From: Botryllus schlosseri
Taxonomy: Eukaryota
Assembly: GCA_051294905.1 (NCBI GenBank)
Contig: CM119372.1
Location: 15,688,001 to 15,752,000, forward strand
Direction of reading: 5' to 3'
Length of the DNA stretch: 64,000 nucleotides
Shown one piece after another: positions 1 to 12,846 of this stretch. How positions within the stretch are numbered: the stretch's first letter is position 1; the number at the start of each line of letters is the position of its first letter. A program made the translations under genes and the position numbers. The notes below the pieces were generated by a model. That model saw only the letters and a list, made by a program, of their open reading frames with translations. It was not told where the DNA came from and searched no databases.

Positions 1-28
1 CACCCCATAATTTCTCCTCTCAATACAG

Positions 29-95
29 ACTGAACAGCGCTTAGTAGCCTACATTACGGATGAGATTATCTATAGTTATGACTTGAAACATAAGA
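29..95 (+). CDS. Possible upstream coding exon of the EGF/GPI gene (TEQRLVAYITDEIIYSYDLKHK)
   Basis: Pyrimidine-rich acceptor tttctcctctcaatacag ending at 28 and possible donor gtgaga at 96. The 67 bp are open, phase 0 to phase 1, compatible with the phase-1 exon at 1984. No domain recognised. Confidence 0.3.
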
Positions 96-544
96 GTGAG
101 ATGCCAATTATTGTTACAAATTATTGCTGTGAAACAATCATTATGTTGCAATGATATATCGATACGAAAATCTATGTGAAAACCCGAACAACGTTTTCAG
201 TAGTCACTCTACGGAATTAGAAGATATCTTTCCAATCCCAGAATGAATCGTAAATCATCATTTATGTATTTTCCTCATGTTTCAAATACTGAAATTACTC
301 TTACTACATTGTCCGTGACACCATAGGGAAGTGGTTTTAAAACGCAGTGCCGCACTAAGAATGAGATGATATGGATTGCCGTCGACATGTAGCATAGCAT
401 CTAGGGAGCTGGCGACTAATAACGAGTCATCACTAAAAACAACTCCAAGTTGTTATGACACTGTGATATGACAGTTTGAGCGAAGTTGATTACCGATTTT
501 TACTCAACATGACCACAATATGATATGACTGGATTGATGACCAT

Positions 545-1370
545 TAGGGATGGTGTGAACCTGAGGTTCTGTGTGTGAAACTCGAAAATTTAGATGTTCA
601 GGTTCACAAACGAACCTTGGTGGTTACACACTCTGAACCTTTATCATATATTACAATTTTTCAAGTCACTCTATGACAGTGGTTCTCAACCTTTTTCAGT
701 CACGCCCCCCTTTCTGATAGTGAAAAATTTCGCCCTCCCCTTATTGTTGTATCACAAAATCCAACGGGGATGCTAGCAACCCCAACAGATTGTTTGATGG
801 CGTGGAAGGTTATGACTGTTGATGAGAGAATTCAAAAATATGAAAATCGTTCTATATATAAAGAAGCATGCGTGAATTGGAGGTAAATCGCGCAGAGCGC
901 GAAAAATGTTTGTAGTTGACCGCTTCTTCGCGCCCCCCAGGTTGAGAACTACTGCTCTATGACATCTTTGGTTAAAATTCTTTGCATTTTAACTTCGGAT
1001 CACTCTACGCGTGGCACAGGCAGAATAAAAAATTACCACTAAACGAGAATGCACTTTGCCAATCTAAAATATTTCTCTGGCTTCGTTACAAAAGTTTGCT
1101 CGAGATATTTAGCTTTCCGTTTGCGAATATGTAGTGATTCTCTGCTGGGAGGGGAGCTTGACCCGCAATCACACAGCATCACGAACTAAATACACAACCA
1201 ATCAATGAAATTGATATCGCTGTCTGATGTAAAATATATACCCGGCGTACGGGGTCAATCTTGATTTCATATGTTTATTGTATAATGAAAACCAAATCCG
1301 TGCGATGGGGGTGTTGGCTACTGCTGTATAACTTGTTTGTTAATGAGGTAATATTGGTAGCAAATAGAAA
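545..1370 (-). mobile_element. Truncated hAT MITE, TAGGGATG-TIR family
   Basis: Starts tagggatggtgtgaacc and is the reverse complement of ~6100-6688. The second TIR was not found, so the right edge is approximate. Confidence 0.8.
677..954. mobile_element. hAT (Charlie/Buster-type) MITE nested in 545-1370
   Basis: TIRs cagtggttctcaacct / aggttgagaactactg; perfect TSD CTCTATGA at 669-676 and 955-962. Confidence 0.92.
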
Positions 1371-1983
1371 CCTGTTTTACACTCTGCTCAATATTAATGT
1401 AGCAATACTCAGACGCCGAATACATGGTCCGGTGTGGCTACCGTTAAATGCGTAAGCTTATATTCCCTTGAGTAAGCTTATATTCACTTGCAAGTCGTCG
1501 TCGAAATTGTTGGCAACGCGACGGAAGATATTGGTTTCATGGGATTATTATATCATTTGATTGGCCCAGTTAATACATTTGGCGACGTTTAAAACGTCAA
1601 TATGAACTTCAGCATTGTGGCATTATGTGGCCCGAGTCGTCGCTAAGTGTCGTGTACGTACATTAACATTAAAAGGCTGTCCCCTCACTAAAATGTAGAG
1701 TTGGAATTAGCAATAGCAATAGCAATAGCATGGTGCAAAAGGTCTCACTTTCCGAGACATAGGCTAACCCTCCTCCACATACATACACATACATTCACCA
1801 GCTCGCACTCAGGATACTTAAAGTACTAGGGTACCTCGATCTATTTATTCCTTTCAAAGGATGTCAAAGAGGTTGATAACCACTGCTGTAGAGATTTACA
1901 TTTATAAAAACCATGGTTCTTCTGCAAGCTGCGCCCTAATCGAATAAAGCAGAACAACATTTCGATGTCTCATATACTTTTAG

Positions 1984-2142
1984 CGATTGTCGGAAGCAAA
2001 GCGTGTACTACCTATCCCGTAAAAACATGCAGTGAACACGGAGAATGCACAGCGGGAAATAACGAAAGTCTTTATTACACGTGCGCATGCACTGAAAGTC
2101 ATTACTTGGAGAATAAGAGTTATACTTCATATTCCTGCGAGA
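1984..2142 (+). CDS. EGF-like domain exon of a predicted GPI-anchored surface protein
   Basis: ttttag acceptor and gtaagt donor; 159 bp, phase 1-1. Six-Cys EGF spacing: CTTYPVKTCSEHGECTAGNNESLYYTCACTESHYLENKSYTSYSC. Confidence 0.88.
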
Positions 2143-2536
2143 GTAAGTGATCCAACGTTTTGCATGGAATTAACTATCGGAAAAATATTTTGGCTATGCG
2201 ACATTCCAACAATATACGGCATTCGATCTGGACCATCACATCATGTCTCAGAAAATGCAGGAAAACTGCAGATAACTCACTGGCCAGATTGGCCCGCATT
2301 TAGCTACAGAATACGATTTTACAGTGCAGCACGCATTTTTGCCGCGAGCACATGGATACAAAATGTAATGATTTCGGTGTCAATAAAAATTGAGCAGGTT
2401 GGTTAAATTGGTATCAAGTTGAAGATCAACGCTCAATAGCCGAATTCTGAAAAAATTGTAATGGTTACACCCATATATGTGTTAGGATGTCTGACATATG
2501 TCACAACATGCTTTAAATCTCAATATCGTTATTCAG

Positions 2537-2572
2537 ATGTTACAGCATCACCGACAGAAGAAATGCTAACAG
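2537..2572 (+). CDS. 36-bp stalk micro-exon 1 (NVTASPTEEMLT)
   Basis: ttattcag acceptor and gtatgt donor; phase 1-1; in frame with the EGF exon. Confidence 0.82.
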
Positions 2573-2701
2573 GTATGTGCGGTTATAGTAATCTTCATAG
2601 AACCCTAGTCATCTCATCGCAGTAGTATGCAAAATGTGTGTGAGTATGTGCGGGTATCGCATATGTCACAATATGTTTCAAATCTCAGTATCGTTATTCA
2701 G

Positions 2702-2737
2702 AGGTTACAGCATCACCGACTGAAGAAACGCCATCAG
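2702..2737 (+). CDS. 36-bp stalk micro-exon 2 (EVTASPTEETPS)
   Basis: ttattcag acceptor and gtatgt donor; phase 1-1; paralog of 2537-2572. Confidence 0.8.
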
Positions 2738-2855
2738 GTATGTGCGGTTATAGTTATCTTTATAGAACCCTAGTCATCTCATGCGAAATGTGTGTGAGTG
2801 TGTGCGGGTATCGTATATGTCAGAATATGCTTTAAATCTCAGTATCGTTATTCAT

Positions 2856-2891
2856 ATGTTACAGCATCACCGACTGAAGAAATGCCAACAG
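2856..2891 (+). pseudogene. Third micro-exon copy with a dead acceptor (DVTASPTEEMPT)
   Basis: Acceptor reads ttattcat instead of ttattcag; donor and reading frame intact. Confidence 0.7.
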
Positions 2892-3785
2892 GTATGTGCG
2901 GTTATAGTAATCTTCATAACCATCTATCATAACTGGGGGGATTTTTTTTAGACCTATAAAAAGAAGATTTTAACCTAAAAAAAATCAAAATCTCGACATT
3001 TTTTTACCTGAAAAAACTTGATTTTTATCAAATTTTGCCCTCATGTATGCAAATCAGGTATTCCCGCAGATAATGTTAAAATTATTCGCTTATCTTCATT
3101 TCTGGTTTGGGCTGTCTGTCCTTACGAAGTAGTTTGGCATGAAAAAACTTTTTTGACTTAAAAACTGACAAATTTTTACATGAAAAAACTTAATTTTGAC
3201 GAAATCTGGACCTATGAATAATTCCAGTAGTTACATCACGCATTATGGTGGAAATAATTCAAATTTGATGCAGTCCAACGGAAGATAATATAGGAGCCAA
3301 TGCCCACGCAGTCTTGCATCAATTAGGATACTGCGGTACGTTGAGCATAGCACCATGTCAACCTATTTGCTTCATATGAACGTTTATGAGCAGGTAATGG
3401 GACGTCTTTAACGAACGACAGACCTATAAATTAGGCCACAAGCTGTAAAACAGGGGTCGGTAAATATTCGTATGCAGTGTGCCAAAATGTCAAAAAATGT
3501 CATATATTACCAACTGGCTCGCCAAACATTTTTATTTTGTCAATATTAGCGTCGAAATCAAGGAATCCCACCAACCGCTTATCTGGAGCTGGCTACGGCA
3601 TCAGTTATGCCAGTGATTCTTACAGTATTGGTCGCGAAGAGTATAGATTTTGGTCACTGCCGCACTAGACCTGTCGCCTAACGTATACGTATACGTAATA
3701 TTTGCACCATTTAATTTTAGTGGCGTAATGATCGATCTTCTGTGGTTGATTTGTTTGTTGTCAAGTCAACTGTGTTCGGTACCAT

Positions 3786-4125
3786 CATAGTGTCCTACAA
3801 TGGTGTGGACACAAGCAAATCTCACGGCTCACTGCGAATGGTCTACGTCACGCTTTCCATTTGGCCAAAGGCAATTTCACGGTAGTTTTTTACCGGCTTG
3901 CCGAGGGCGAAAATTAATAAAATTGGTATCAATCGAAAGATACCGCGGTACTGATTGCAAAACTATAAATTTTATTCTGCTCTTGGTCCTAGTGGTCCTA
4001 GAACCCCTCAAAATCAGTCTCGAATGTTGCATTGTAACGCAGTTTGTTATTGTGACGCAGCAATGCCGTCTGGGAGCAGGTGAGGAGCAGCGAAAACCGC
4101 AAGCGTATTGGCGATTGTTGAGCAA
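3786..4125. mobile_element. Partial copy of the CATAG-TIR (P-like) MITE
   Basis: Colinear similarity with 59792-60070, starting catagtgtcct. Right TIR not found. Confidence 0.75.
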
Positions 4126-5196
4126 GCCCTTGAGCCTTCACACACTCGCTCTCATACGCACTTGCTCCTGAGCCTGGCCGTATTATTCCAGACGGCAGTG
4201 TTGCGTCACTATACCAAACTCCGCGGGTGCCAGGGTTGCCGAACCTCGCTGTAAAATGTTAAATCAGTGGTTCCTAACCTTGCCTCCAGCGCTGGCGATT
4301 TTGAAGGGGGCGGAAACGCTCAGGGGGCGAAATGGGGGCGCTGGGCTCAGGGGGCGATATGGGGGGCGCTGGGCTCAGGGGGCGATATGGAGGGCGCTGA
4401 AGCAAAATGGCTTCGAAGTAGATGATATAGTAGTATGACATATCCCTTATAGCTATTCAGAGCAAATTAACATTGCACAAAAATGTCAAATCCCGAAATT
4501 TTTGGTCGCGATGTGGGTTATTATAATTTCTGTAAAACGAATTGCGCGTACTTTTAGATCGCCAATTTCCCGTTCAGACACTGGATGCCGTCACAGTTGT
4601 TAGGGTTATTTCAAACATAATTTTTCTAATTAGATATATTATATCCTGCAGCGCACAGCGTTTTAAAATCGAACAAGGAGGCAGTATATTAGGCCTACTT
4701 TTGAGAGTGAGAGAGCCCCTTGTACATAAAATATGTTCCGAAGCCTTGTGCACAAAATGAATAACTAAATATACTTGTCTTTGAGGGAGTGTTGTGGTTC
4801 ACAGCCTCAAGTGAACGTTATATATTATTAGTTGCTTTGCTTGGAATACATTCATGTTAAAATTAATAATTGGGTGCAATACTAAATTCAATGCGAGCAT
4901 ATATATGCATCCAATTCTCAGTTGACTTACTTGATCACACAAACCACTAAGACAAAATCCAATACCCTTAATTTCCCCATATTGTCAATCGCCGATGTGA
5001 ATTTAGGATGGCTCGAACCACTAAGTATGAAACCGTACCCGACTGTTGGTATAACAACCTTGAGTTGACCCTGAATATATCCATACACAATTATTGTATG
5101 GTTTATTATAGTCGATTGGACCTCGAGCGCGATTAAAGCTTGAAATATTTCCAATACCAAAGTCCCGAAAAGACCGACTGAACTTTGACTTCTTAC

Positions 5197-6700
5197 CAGG
5201 ACCGAAACTGCTGCAACCCAAATCCCAAACCGGTGAGCTCGAAGGGTGCCCTAAATTATTTGGTGAATGAACATAAATTACACATCATGTTTTGACTACT
5301 CCCTCATGAAAAAATACGCATAATTATAGAAAATAGAAATAGGCATTTTTGCGTCGGCCATAACCACGCCATCATGCACGAAAACATATGAAGTTCGGAC
5401 CAATATGGGACTCCGAGAAGTGTGTCAAAAAAAAGATCGTCAGCGAGAAAACCTTAGCCGAAAATGATTGCCCTTAGGTTGACCGTAAACTTTGATGTAT
5501 ATAAGTCTAATTGTCCAAAGTTTGCGTTTCAATATCTTTTGAATATATAGCGGTCAAGAGGTAACAAAATAACAACATGTAACGAAGTAATTGTACCAAC
5601 GGGCACGCCCGAATGATCAATTATTAATTACATGGCCTTCATTTTCCAATATAACAGCTCACTCAGCGCTACTGGTAAATCTGATTACGTGGGCTGAGCG
5701 GATAAAAAGTTTATAACGACATATATATGCAATTACCACCTATTCATTTATGCATTATAGAAAATTTTGGCGTCTAGGGCGACCAGGCCGCCAAAACTTT
5801 GCTGACCATCGAACTCACGCGACGGGGTTCTTGGGGGTGAAGCCCTCAGAAGTTTGGTTCATCAGGTTATTGGTGTGCAAGGCAATCGTTTTTGAGCGGG
5901 CTGACGAAGTGCTGTTACGGCTAGGGATGGTGTGAACCTCTGAAAGGTTCAGGTTCGTGTGAACGCGAACCTTTTTGAAAGGTTCTGTGTGAACGCGAAC
6001 GTGAACCTCATGACTAGGGCAATCGAATCATATATTAATCCCATAAAATCAATATCTTCCGTTGCTTCGCCAGCCATTTCGATGACGACTTGCAAGGGTG
6101 TTTATACTTGCTACCGATATTACCCCATTACCAATAAGTTATACAGCAACAAGCCAACAGCCAATCGCACTAATTTGGTTTTTATGATACTATAAACATA
6201 TGAAATCAAGATTGACACCGTACGCCTGCTTGATTTTTTTACATCAGATAACGATATCAATCAATCCCATTGATTGGTTGAATAAGCATCATTAGCTTAC
6301 TACATATATGTAGTGTATTTCGCTCTTGATGTTGTATGATAATGATTGCGGGTCAAGCTCGCAACTAAGGGTAATTAATATTCTCAAACGGAAAGTTGGA
6401 TATTTCGAGCAAGCTTTTGTAACAAATCAAGTAAATCTTTGATATTGTCAAGGTGCATGCTCGTTTAATATTGATTTTTTTTATGCTGCGAGCGCTATGC
6501 ATAGGGTGACCCGCAGTAAAAATGCAACAAATTTCTACCAAAGGTGTTATAAGGAAGTGAAAATTGTAATAAATGAATAAGGTTCACAGTACAGAACCTA
6601 CCAAGGTTCGTTTGTGAACGTGAACCTCTAAATTACTAAGGTTCACACACAGAACGCGAACGTGAACCTCACGTTCACACCATCCCTAGTTACGGCCCTC
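5197..6700. mobile_element. hAT MITE, CAGG(C/G)CCGTAAC family, middle member of the nest
   Basis: Ends caggaccgaaactg / gttacggccctc; TSD CTTCTTAC vs CCTCTTAC (7/8); homologous to 56260-57770. Confidence 0.8.
5922..6688. mobile_element. Complete hAT MITE, TAGGGATG-TIR family, with GTGAAC subterminal repeats
   Basis: TIRs tagggatggtgtgaac / gttcacaccatcccta; perfect TSD GTTACGGC at 5914-5921 and 6689-6696. Confidence 0.93.
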
Positions 6701-7086
6701 CCTCTTACCCCTTGTCTTTATTACAGTCCTTACAATATGAGGTGGGGGTGCTGGAGCAGGATAATTTATGAAAGGGGGCGCTGGAGGAAAAAAGGTTAAG
6801 AACCACTATGTTAAATGATAAGTTCACCGACAGTGCAAACATCTACGATAGAAACTGACTGTGGGTTGCAAAAAATTTTTGACTTAGTAAACGCTAACGC
6901 TACAAATTTGACAAAATTTTGACTTCTTTGACATGTTTAAAAAAATCGCACTACTCATAACTATCACTGCTCTGAGTTATACTATACTTTGCTCATATTC
7001 TTGTCTTGAAGAATTCACTTGTTATTGAAAGAATGCAACCATGCGTTTGTGGCAATGTTCTTCTTACAATACATTATCACATTCAG

Positions 7087-7172
7087 GTACGAATCGAGCG
7101 ACTTCATCAACACCATATGACGACATCGTCTATCTTGTCATGATCGCAATAATGCTTCTAATCTCATTATGA
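7087..7172 (+). CDS. Terminal exon with a GPI-anchor-like signal (GTNRATSSTPYDDIVYLVMIAIMLLISL*)
   Basis: cacattcag acceptor, phase 1, matching the stalk exons. Small/polar spacer then 15 mostly hydrophobic residues ending directly at TGA 7170-7172. ATTAAA at 7340-7345. Confidence 0.72.
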
Positions 7173-8680
7173 CAAATAGTGAGGATGCATTTGGAAAGAC
7201 GGAATTGACCGATTTTGAATGTTATCCTTACGCCATACTTTTAGTGAGATCAGAATGTTACATAATATTGATATTTCGGCACGATATTTGGTGTGTCGGT
7301 GTGTAACTTGTTTTATTTCTATATGTCGGGCAGCCAGTGATTAAAATATGCAATGTCACTGTGAATTAATGTTCGATGGGGGGTTTTCATACTACAATTT
7401 CCACTACATATTTATCCGTTGTTCATCTGTTGCACTACAAATGTTACTTGGGAACATGTATTCGTCACGCTTTCGGGGTATGTTGCGCAAATTACCATAT
7501 GCTTGCACATTCATAGGCGGGCCTGTTTGGGAATGAATGCCTTGACAACGGATTTCTAGTCTCAGCGGATATCTTTTGATATCGGTAGAGATGTTCAAAC
7601 GCAGAAGCTCTTCTATTGAGGAATTACCCAAACGAGTTTGTTTGCGTTAGCACCTGGAACATCCGAGTTCACTTTAAATGGGCTTATTGCTTTGGCATAC
7701 GAATATTCTATAAATATCAACAGGATGCGCGCAGAACATAGTTCAGACTATTGCAAGTATCTATAATCCCCTGAAGTTGTTTTATTTCGCATTATGCCTA
7801 TGCTGGTCATTGAAAATTTCCGAAAGATATATAAATACGAATGTCAAATGTCAATGAGTGCCGATTTCTCAGACGTCGAATCCTGCCTGCTCGGCTGAAA
7901 TCTCCTTTTATTGTTTCTAATCAAACGTTGCACGTCGACCTTGCATTTAACTTAATACAACCGAGCAATCCAAATCGATGAATATTGCAGATTAAGATTT
8001 TGTTGATATAAAGTCGTAGATGTTTAAGCATGATTCACAATAGTGCCTGCTCGTCTGATGATCTATGGAAGAGTAAGTTCTAAGTAGAGATCCACAAAGA
8101 CAATATATGTTGCAAGCGAACTTACAAGTGAAATAGTAATGAAACAATGAAATCGAATAAAGTCGGACAATTGGGATTGTTGATTAGAAAAAAGAAAAAG
8201 TAATACAAATAAAGGACAGTTGAATTGCAAACTGACTCCCTAATAACATGAGTCGTCAAAACATCAAATAAAGCAGTGCTTTCAACCTGTGTGACGGCTC
8301 GCACTTGTGTGAATGAAAAAAAAAAAATTGGGGCGGATTACAAGCGTGGTGCGAATGGTGCGAATGAAATTTCGGATGAGGGCGAATCAAAATTGTCCCT
8401 CTTTCGCACTTTTTCTGACGTGGAATCATTCAAATAAACTTGATAGGATTTTAAGTACAGTGAGTCCGAAACTTTTGTCGTTTCGACGCAATTCTAAAAA
8501 ACTTGTTGATGGCTGCGCTTTTCTAGTTCACAAGTGAGGAACGCTCCCGGTGCGTTAATATTGTAAGTTCAAGAGAGTTTTTCCGCGCGAGCGGATTACG
8601 TCACTGCCTGAAAAAAAAAAGAAGTAGAGGAGTCGGTATAAGTTGATTGGAAATATCCGCTGTTTACGGACCTTGTAGGT

Positions 8681-9869
8681 CAGAGGTCTCAAACACGCAG
8701 CCCGCCAGATCATTCTGTGCGGCCCGCGAAGACATTTTAGATTTTCTAGTATTTAATAATATATAAGTGACAGATAAGTCAGATATATATCTTTTTAGGT
8801 TTAAAAGTTAGAATTCCTTCTCAAATTGCTCCGAGAGCCTGAAACTATTCATCAAACTTCATCATCACATCAATTGCAAACGCTACCATGCTGTAAAAAA
8901 TTCACTATCTCGCCACATTTCCAATTCATGATGATAAAACCGGACCCTTAGATGATTCGTGACTGAAATTTGTAAGTTATTGTGACTTGGACGGGAACTT
9001 TCGTAGAATTACTCGGTCTCCGGCAGACTCGATGTCAAAATGAGAATGACTCAAGTGGACTCGGAACGCCGTAACTTGGTTACAAATATATGGACGCAAC
9101 AAACTATTCACGTGTCATGGGGAATAGTTATAGATCAGAAGGTAGTAACTTGGTATTCCGCTATCTGAGCAACTCGTTATGGCAACAATTGCCAATCTGT
9201 TTGTTACATCTTGGGTCCCTATATCCATGTTATTAAGGCCACTTAAAGGTACTGAATACCGCAGTGGTACGCTCCAACGATGTGACGATGTTCGGCGTTC
9301 CGACATTTTTATTACTATGACACATTCATTATTATATTTATATTGTTGTTTATATGCCCCAATATTCCACGGTATTTGACCAAGGACAATCATGAGATTA
9401 ATAGCCCAGTTATCAGGAGTGTACCCCACTCCAGGATTGGGCTACACTGCTCAACCCTAAATGCTGTGATATCAGATCAATATCTATTATCAATCTGTTA
9501 AATTCAAAATATTCATAGTAGCTTCAAAAACGCGATAGCTTTTATGATGACATCATGCATTTGTCCATCCGCATGGTATCTATATCTTATAATTATTATC
9601 TATCAAGTACAACGGCAATCCTATTCATATAGTTATAAACGTGATTATCTTTTTCGTGCCTGGTCCAAATTGCTATAAAAGTAAATCACATTTTTGCGAT
9701 GTGTGTTGAATGTCAGTCTGTTAGGTCGGCTGCTTTTGAATAGGACAATTTCATCCCGTCAAATAAGGCCTACTTGGAAAGACATAGATTACCCTGCTGA
9801 TGCTGCGGCCCACGGCGTCGTCAAAAACTGGAAATTGGCTCTCGATCACATTTGAGTTTAAGACCTCTG
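8681..9869. mobile_element. hAT (Charlie-type) MITE
   Basis: TIRs cagaggtctcaaac / gtttaagacctctg; perfect TSD TTGTAGGT; inverted relative at 26541-27464. Confidence 0.92.
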
Positions 9870-10284
9870 TTGTAGGTGAAAGCAGCCTATGCCAGTGTTG
9901 ACATATGGCATATTTGAATGCAAAGTATTGGAATTTTTAGCACATATTCGTGTTGGTTGGCACCAGAATTTTGCGTTTATCACGTTGGGAATTTCTACTT
10001 TCTTCAACGATAACAATTAGCACATTAGATCTGTAACAAGTGTTGATTACTCGTGTACCTAACCAAGTATTGTAGGCTGTTAAAAATAAAATTAGAGTGA
10101 GTACATTGGTGTCTTACGTCCGATGAATCTTTATCTTGCATTACATCGAATTATTAGGTCACTGGGCCGTCTATCTACCGACCATTACGATAGCCTGTTT
10201 GTAATGCGAACTGCACCATTTAGGCTTAGACACGCTTTCCTGTTCATGGACTGATGATCTCAGGCCGAGTCTAGATCGTTAAGG

Positions 10285-11962
10285 CAGGGCATGGTAAGGT
10301 ATGGTATGGTATGGAAGTATGGTATGGTATGGATCGATATTTTGGTATGGAATATGGAACAATGCAAGTATGGTATGGAATGGAAGATTTTAATCTATGG
10401 TATGGAACGACATTTCCATACTTCCATACATTGGTGCTTTATATATTTTATCGTGATCTGTGCAAGCTTCATGAAGCGTACGTTGTTCGTTGTTCACGGA
10501 ATATGATCGTCGATCGCTTTTGTTATGTGTGAACGTGAACTATTAAACGCTGTGTAGGAACAAATACACGCTTGTGCAACGGTTTTAGGAGCACTTGGAA
10601 TGACATGATTTTGTGATGTAATAATGACAGCAGTAAAGTTAGTTGATCCGATATTCTCTCGAGTCGAGAGAGACACGACGTCTCCGAGTAGAGTCTGTCA
10701 TGTGACGCAATGATTGGTAATGTCGGCTACTCCAACTACCTCATTCATTGAGTGACGACAGCTTACAAGCAATCATGATGCAACGAACTAAATCATCGAT
10801 CTCGCATTAGGATTATAGATCAGGGAGTGGGGTAGATGTAAGTTTGGAATTCTCGCCACGCTAACCCCGACCAAATACTGTACTAACAATCATGTAGATC
10901 GCTGCAGATTGCCTGCAGCTGGGATATATTATGGGTGCGCCTATACTATAAATTATTTGGAAGTATTTACTTCAAACTTGCATGTGCCTCATTCCAATGT
11001 ACCGGAAATGAGATGATATGCATGGAGCAGGGGCGGGCAACTTCTCCAGTCGGCGGGCCGGAAATAGGAAAATTAGGTACTTGGCGGGCCGGAATGCTGA
11101 ATGGATAAATTATTCGCCCATGTATGCAAGGAATAAATCGTATTTAATGACTGTATTTTATCGACAGCAATGTCACTTCAAAGCCATTTCTCGCCGATAA
11201 TGACTACAACGTTGATTTGAGAATATAGCAGTGTCATACAGGCACCGCCGTGTCTGCTTCTTTCTGATCAAATAACTCACGGTGAAATCCTTAATTAAGA
11301 TTTCAAAGCGTTTGATAAGCCCGGTACCCAAAATTTACCAAGAATAAATTCATTAGGGTTCAGCACATCGTGAATGCCGATAATGCAAGTCTTCTCGCTT
11401 CGACGAACTTACGCGTAACCTCCATTATCGCACGCTGCACAGTGCGCACACCTATATAATAACATACAGTCACTAAAATTTTACGTTTAGGCAAGTGATT
11501 ATGTAAGACGGGAAACTGTTCGCGAGCCGGAAAAATTCTTGTTTCGGGCCGCATCCGGCCCGCCGGCCGTAGGTTGCCAGTCCCTTTTATGGACAGTACT
11601 AGATAACAATCTGCTCACTATCTCATTTTGCTCGCGGAAGCTGTAGAGTAGACGTACACGGCACCTCACCACCGTGAACTAAACCTCACCAAAACAGACT
11701 CTGTAAAACTATTACCAGTACTTAGATTCGAATTAGATTCGCTAGTTTAAGCAATAATGACATCCGAAATATCAATAATATAGGTGCTATAAAAGGTACT
11801 ATACTTATGATATTGAAGTATTTGAAAGTATGGAATGTATGGAAAGTATGGTATGGAACAATGTTGGTATGGTATGGAAAATTGCAAGTATGGTATGGAG
11901 AGAGTAAGGCAACTATGGAGTATGGAAAATTCTCGTTCCATACCATACCATACCATGCCCTG
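10285..11962. mobile_element. hAT MITE with (GGTAT)n subterminal arrays
   Basis: TIRs cagggcatggta / taccatgccctg; perfect TSD CGTTAAGG at 10277-10284 and 11963-11970. Confidence 0.93.
11028..11586. mobile_element. Charlie-like MITE nested in 10285-11962
   Basis: Ends caggggcgggcaac / gttgccagtccctt with gcgggccg subterminal motifs; TSD degenerate (5/8). Confidence 0.65.
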
Positions 11963-12351
11963 CGTTAAGGCATAGGCCTATATATAATCGATTGGTGATG
12001 CTACTAAGCTTGCTGATTCACAGGAAAAATTGTCCAGCTCGTATTCGTACCACCTTTGTTTGTACTACAAACTCTGTAATATTACGAACTCGACCGATTT
12101 AACTTTAGCACCCTCTGCAGAGCAAAATCAAATTCACCAAGACGTATGTCTTGCGGCATTCCTTCTGCAGCCCATTTTAAGCTTAATTAGACTGTTGAAA
12201 CTTATTCCTCTTTATGTATAAGGATATTTGGGATATTAAAGATAATTTGGCATTATTTCAGTCAGTTTGTCAATATTGTACGATTGCCCTAAGAGTCATC
12301 CCACAGTTGGCAACCCTGGCCGATATAACTGTGTGTTAATCATGAATCTTA

Positions 12352-12846
12352 TGTAAGTATTAATTATTCAAGAAGATGGCAGTCTGTCAAACACGAGGAT
12401 ACCGCACGTAGTTCTTGAAAAATATGTTGATTTGTGTATTGCATAGATCAGAAGTGAATGGATGCATTCCTGTTTTCAACGTCCACCGTACTATCCAATA
12501 GGCTAACATACCTTAGTGCGGTGAACATGAAGCATCTTTTCGAATGTTGTCAGAAAATGAACCAATGCAAATGTAAGTCCTAATTATTCAAGAAGTGTTG
12601 GCTGTGACAACCACAAGGATACCGCACGTTGTTCCTGAAAGATATGTTGATTTGTGTATTGCATATCTAAGAAGTGAATGAAGCCTAAGCCTATCCATAA
12701 ATAACCGTGTTCAATTACTCCGACTGTGTGGGTTTGTATAGTAATGCATTCCTATTTTCAACGGCCACCGTATGATTCAATCGGCTAACATACCTTAGTA
12801 CGGTGAACGTGAAGCATCTTTTCGAATGTTGTCAGAAAATTAACCA
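12352..12846. repeat. Direct tandem duplication (~220 bp unit; second copy has a ~60 bp insert)
   Basis: tgtaagt..taattattcaagaag...gaagcatcttttcgaatgttgtcagaaaat starts at both 12352 and 12572. Confidence 0.85.

Larger units (their letters stand above)
2495..2918 (+). repeat. Three ~155-165 bp tandem units, each containing a 36-bp micro-exon
   Basis: Unit atatgtcacaa...tatcgttattca(g/t)...gttacagcatcaccgac...aggtatgtgcggttatag occurs three times. Confidence 0.93.
4265..6808. mobile_element. hAT (Charlie/Buster-type) non-autonomous element, outer member of a triple nest
   Basis: TIRs cagtggttcctaacctt / aaggttaagaaccacta; perfect TSD TGTTAAAT at 4257-4264 and 6809-6816. The same left end recurs at 22177. 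Confidence 0.9.

Noticed and set aside
2032..2406. 124-aa ORF overlapping the EGF exon
   Set aside because: Wrong frame; it runs through the gtaagt donor into the intron and has no recognisable motif.
10291..10532. YGMVW-repeat ORFs (also 11722-11956)
   Set aside because: These are translations of (GGTAT)n subterminal arrays.
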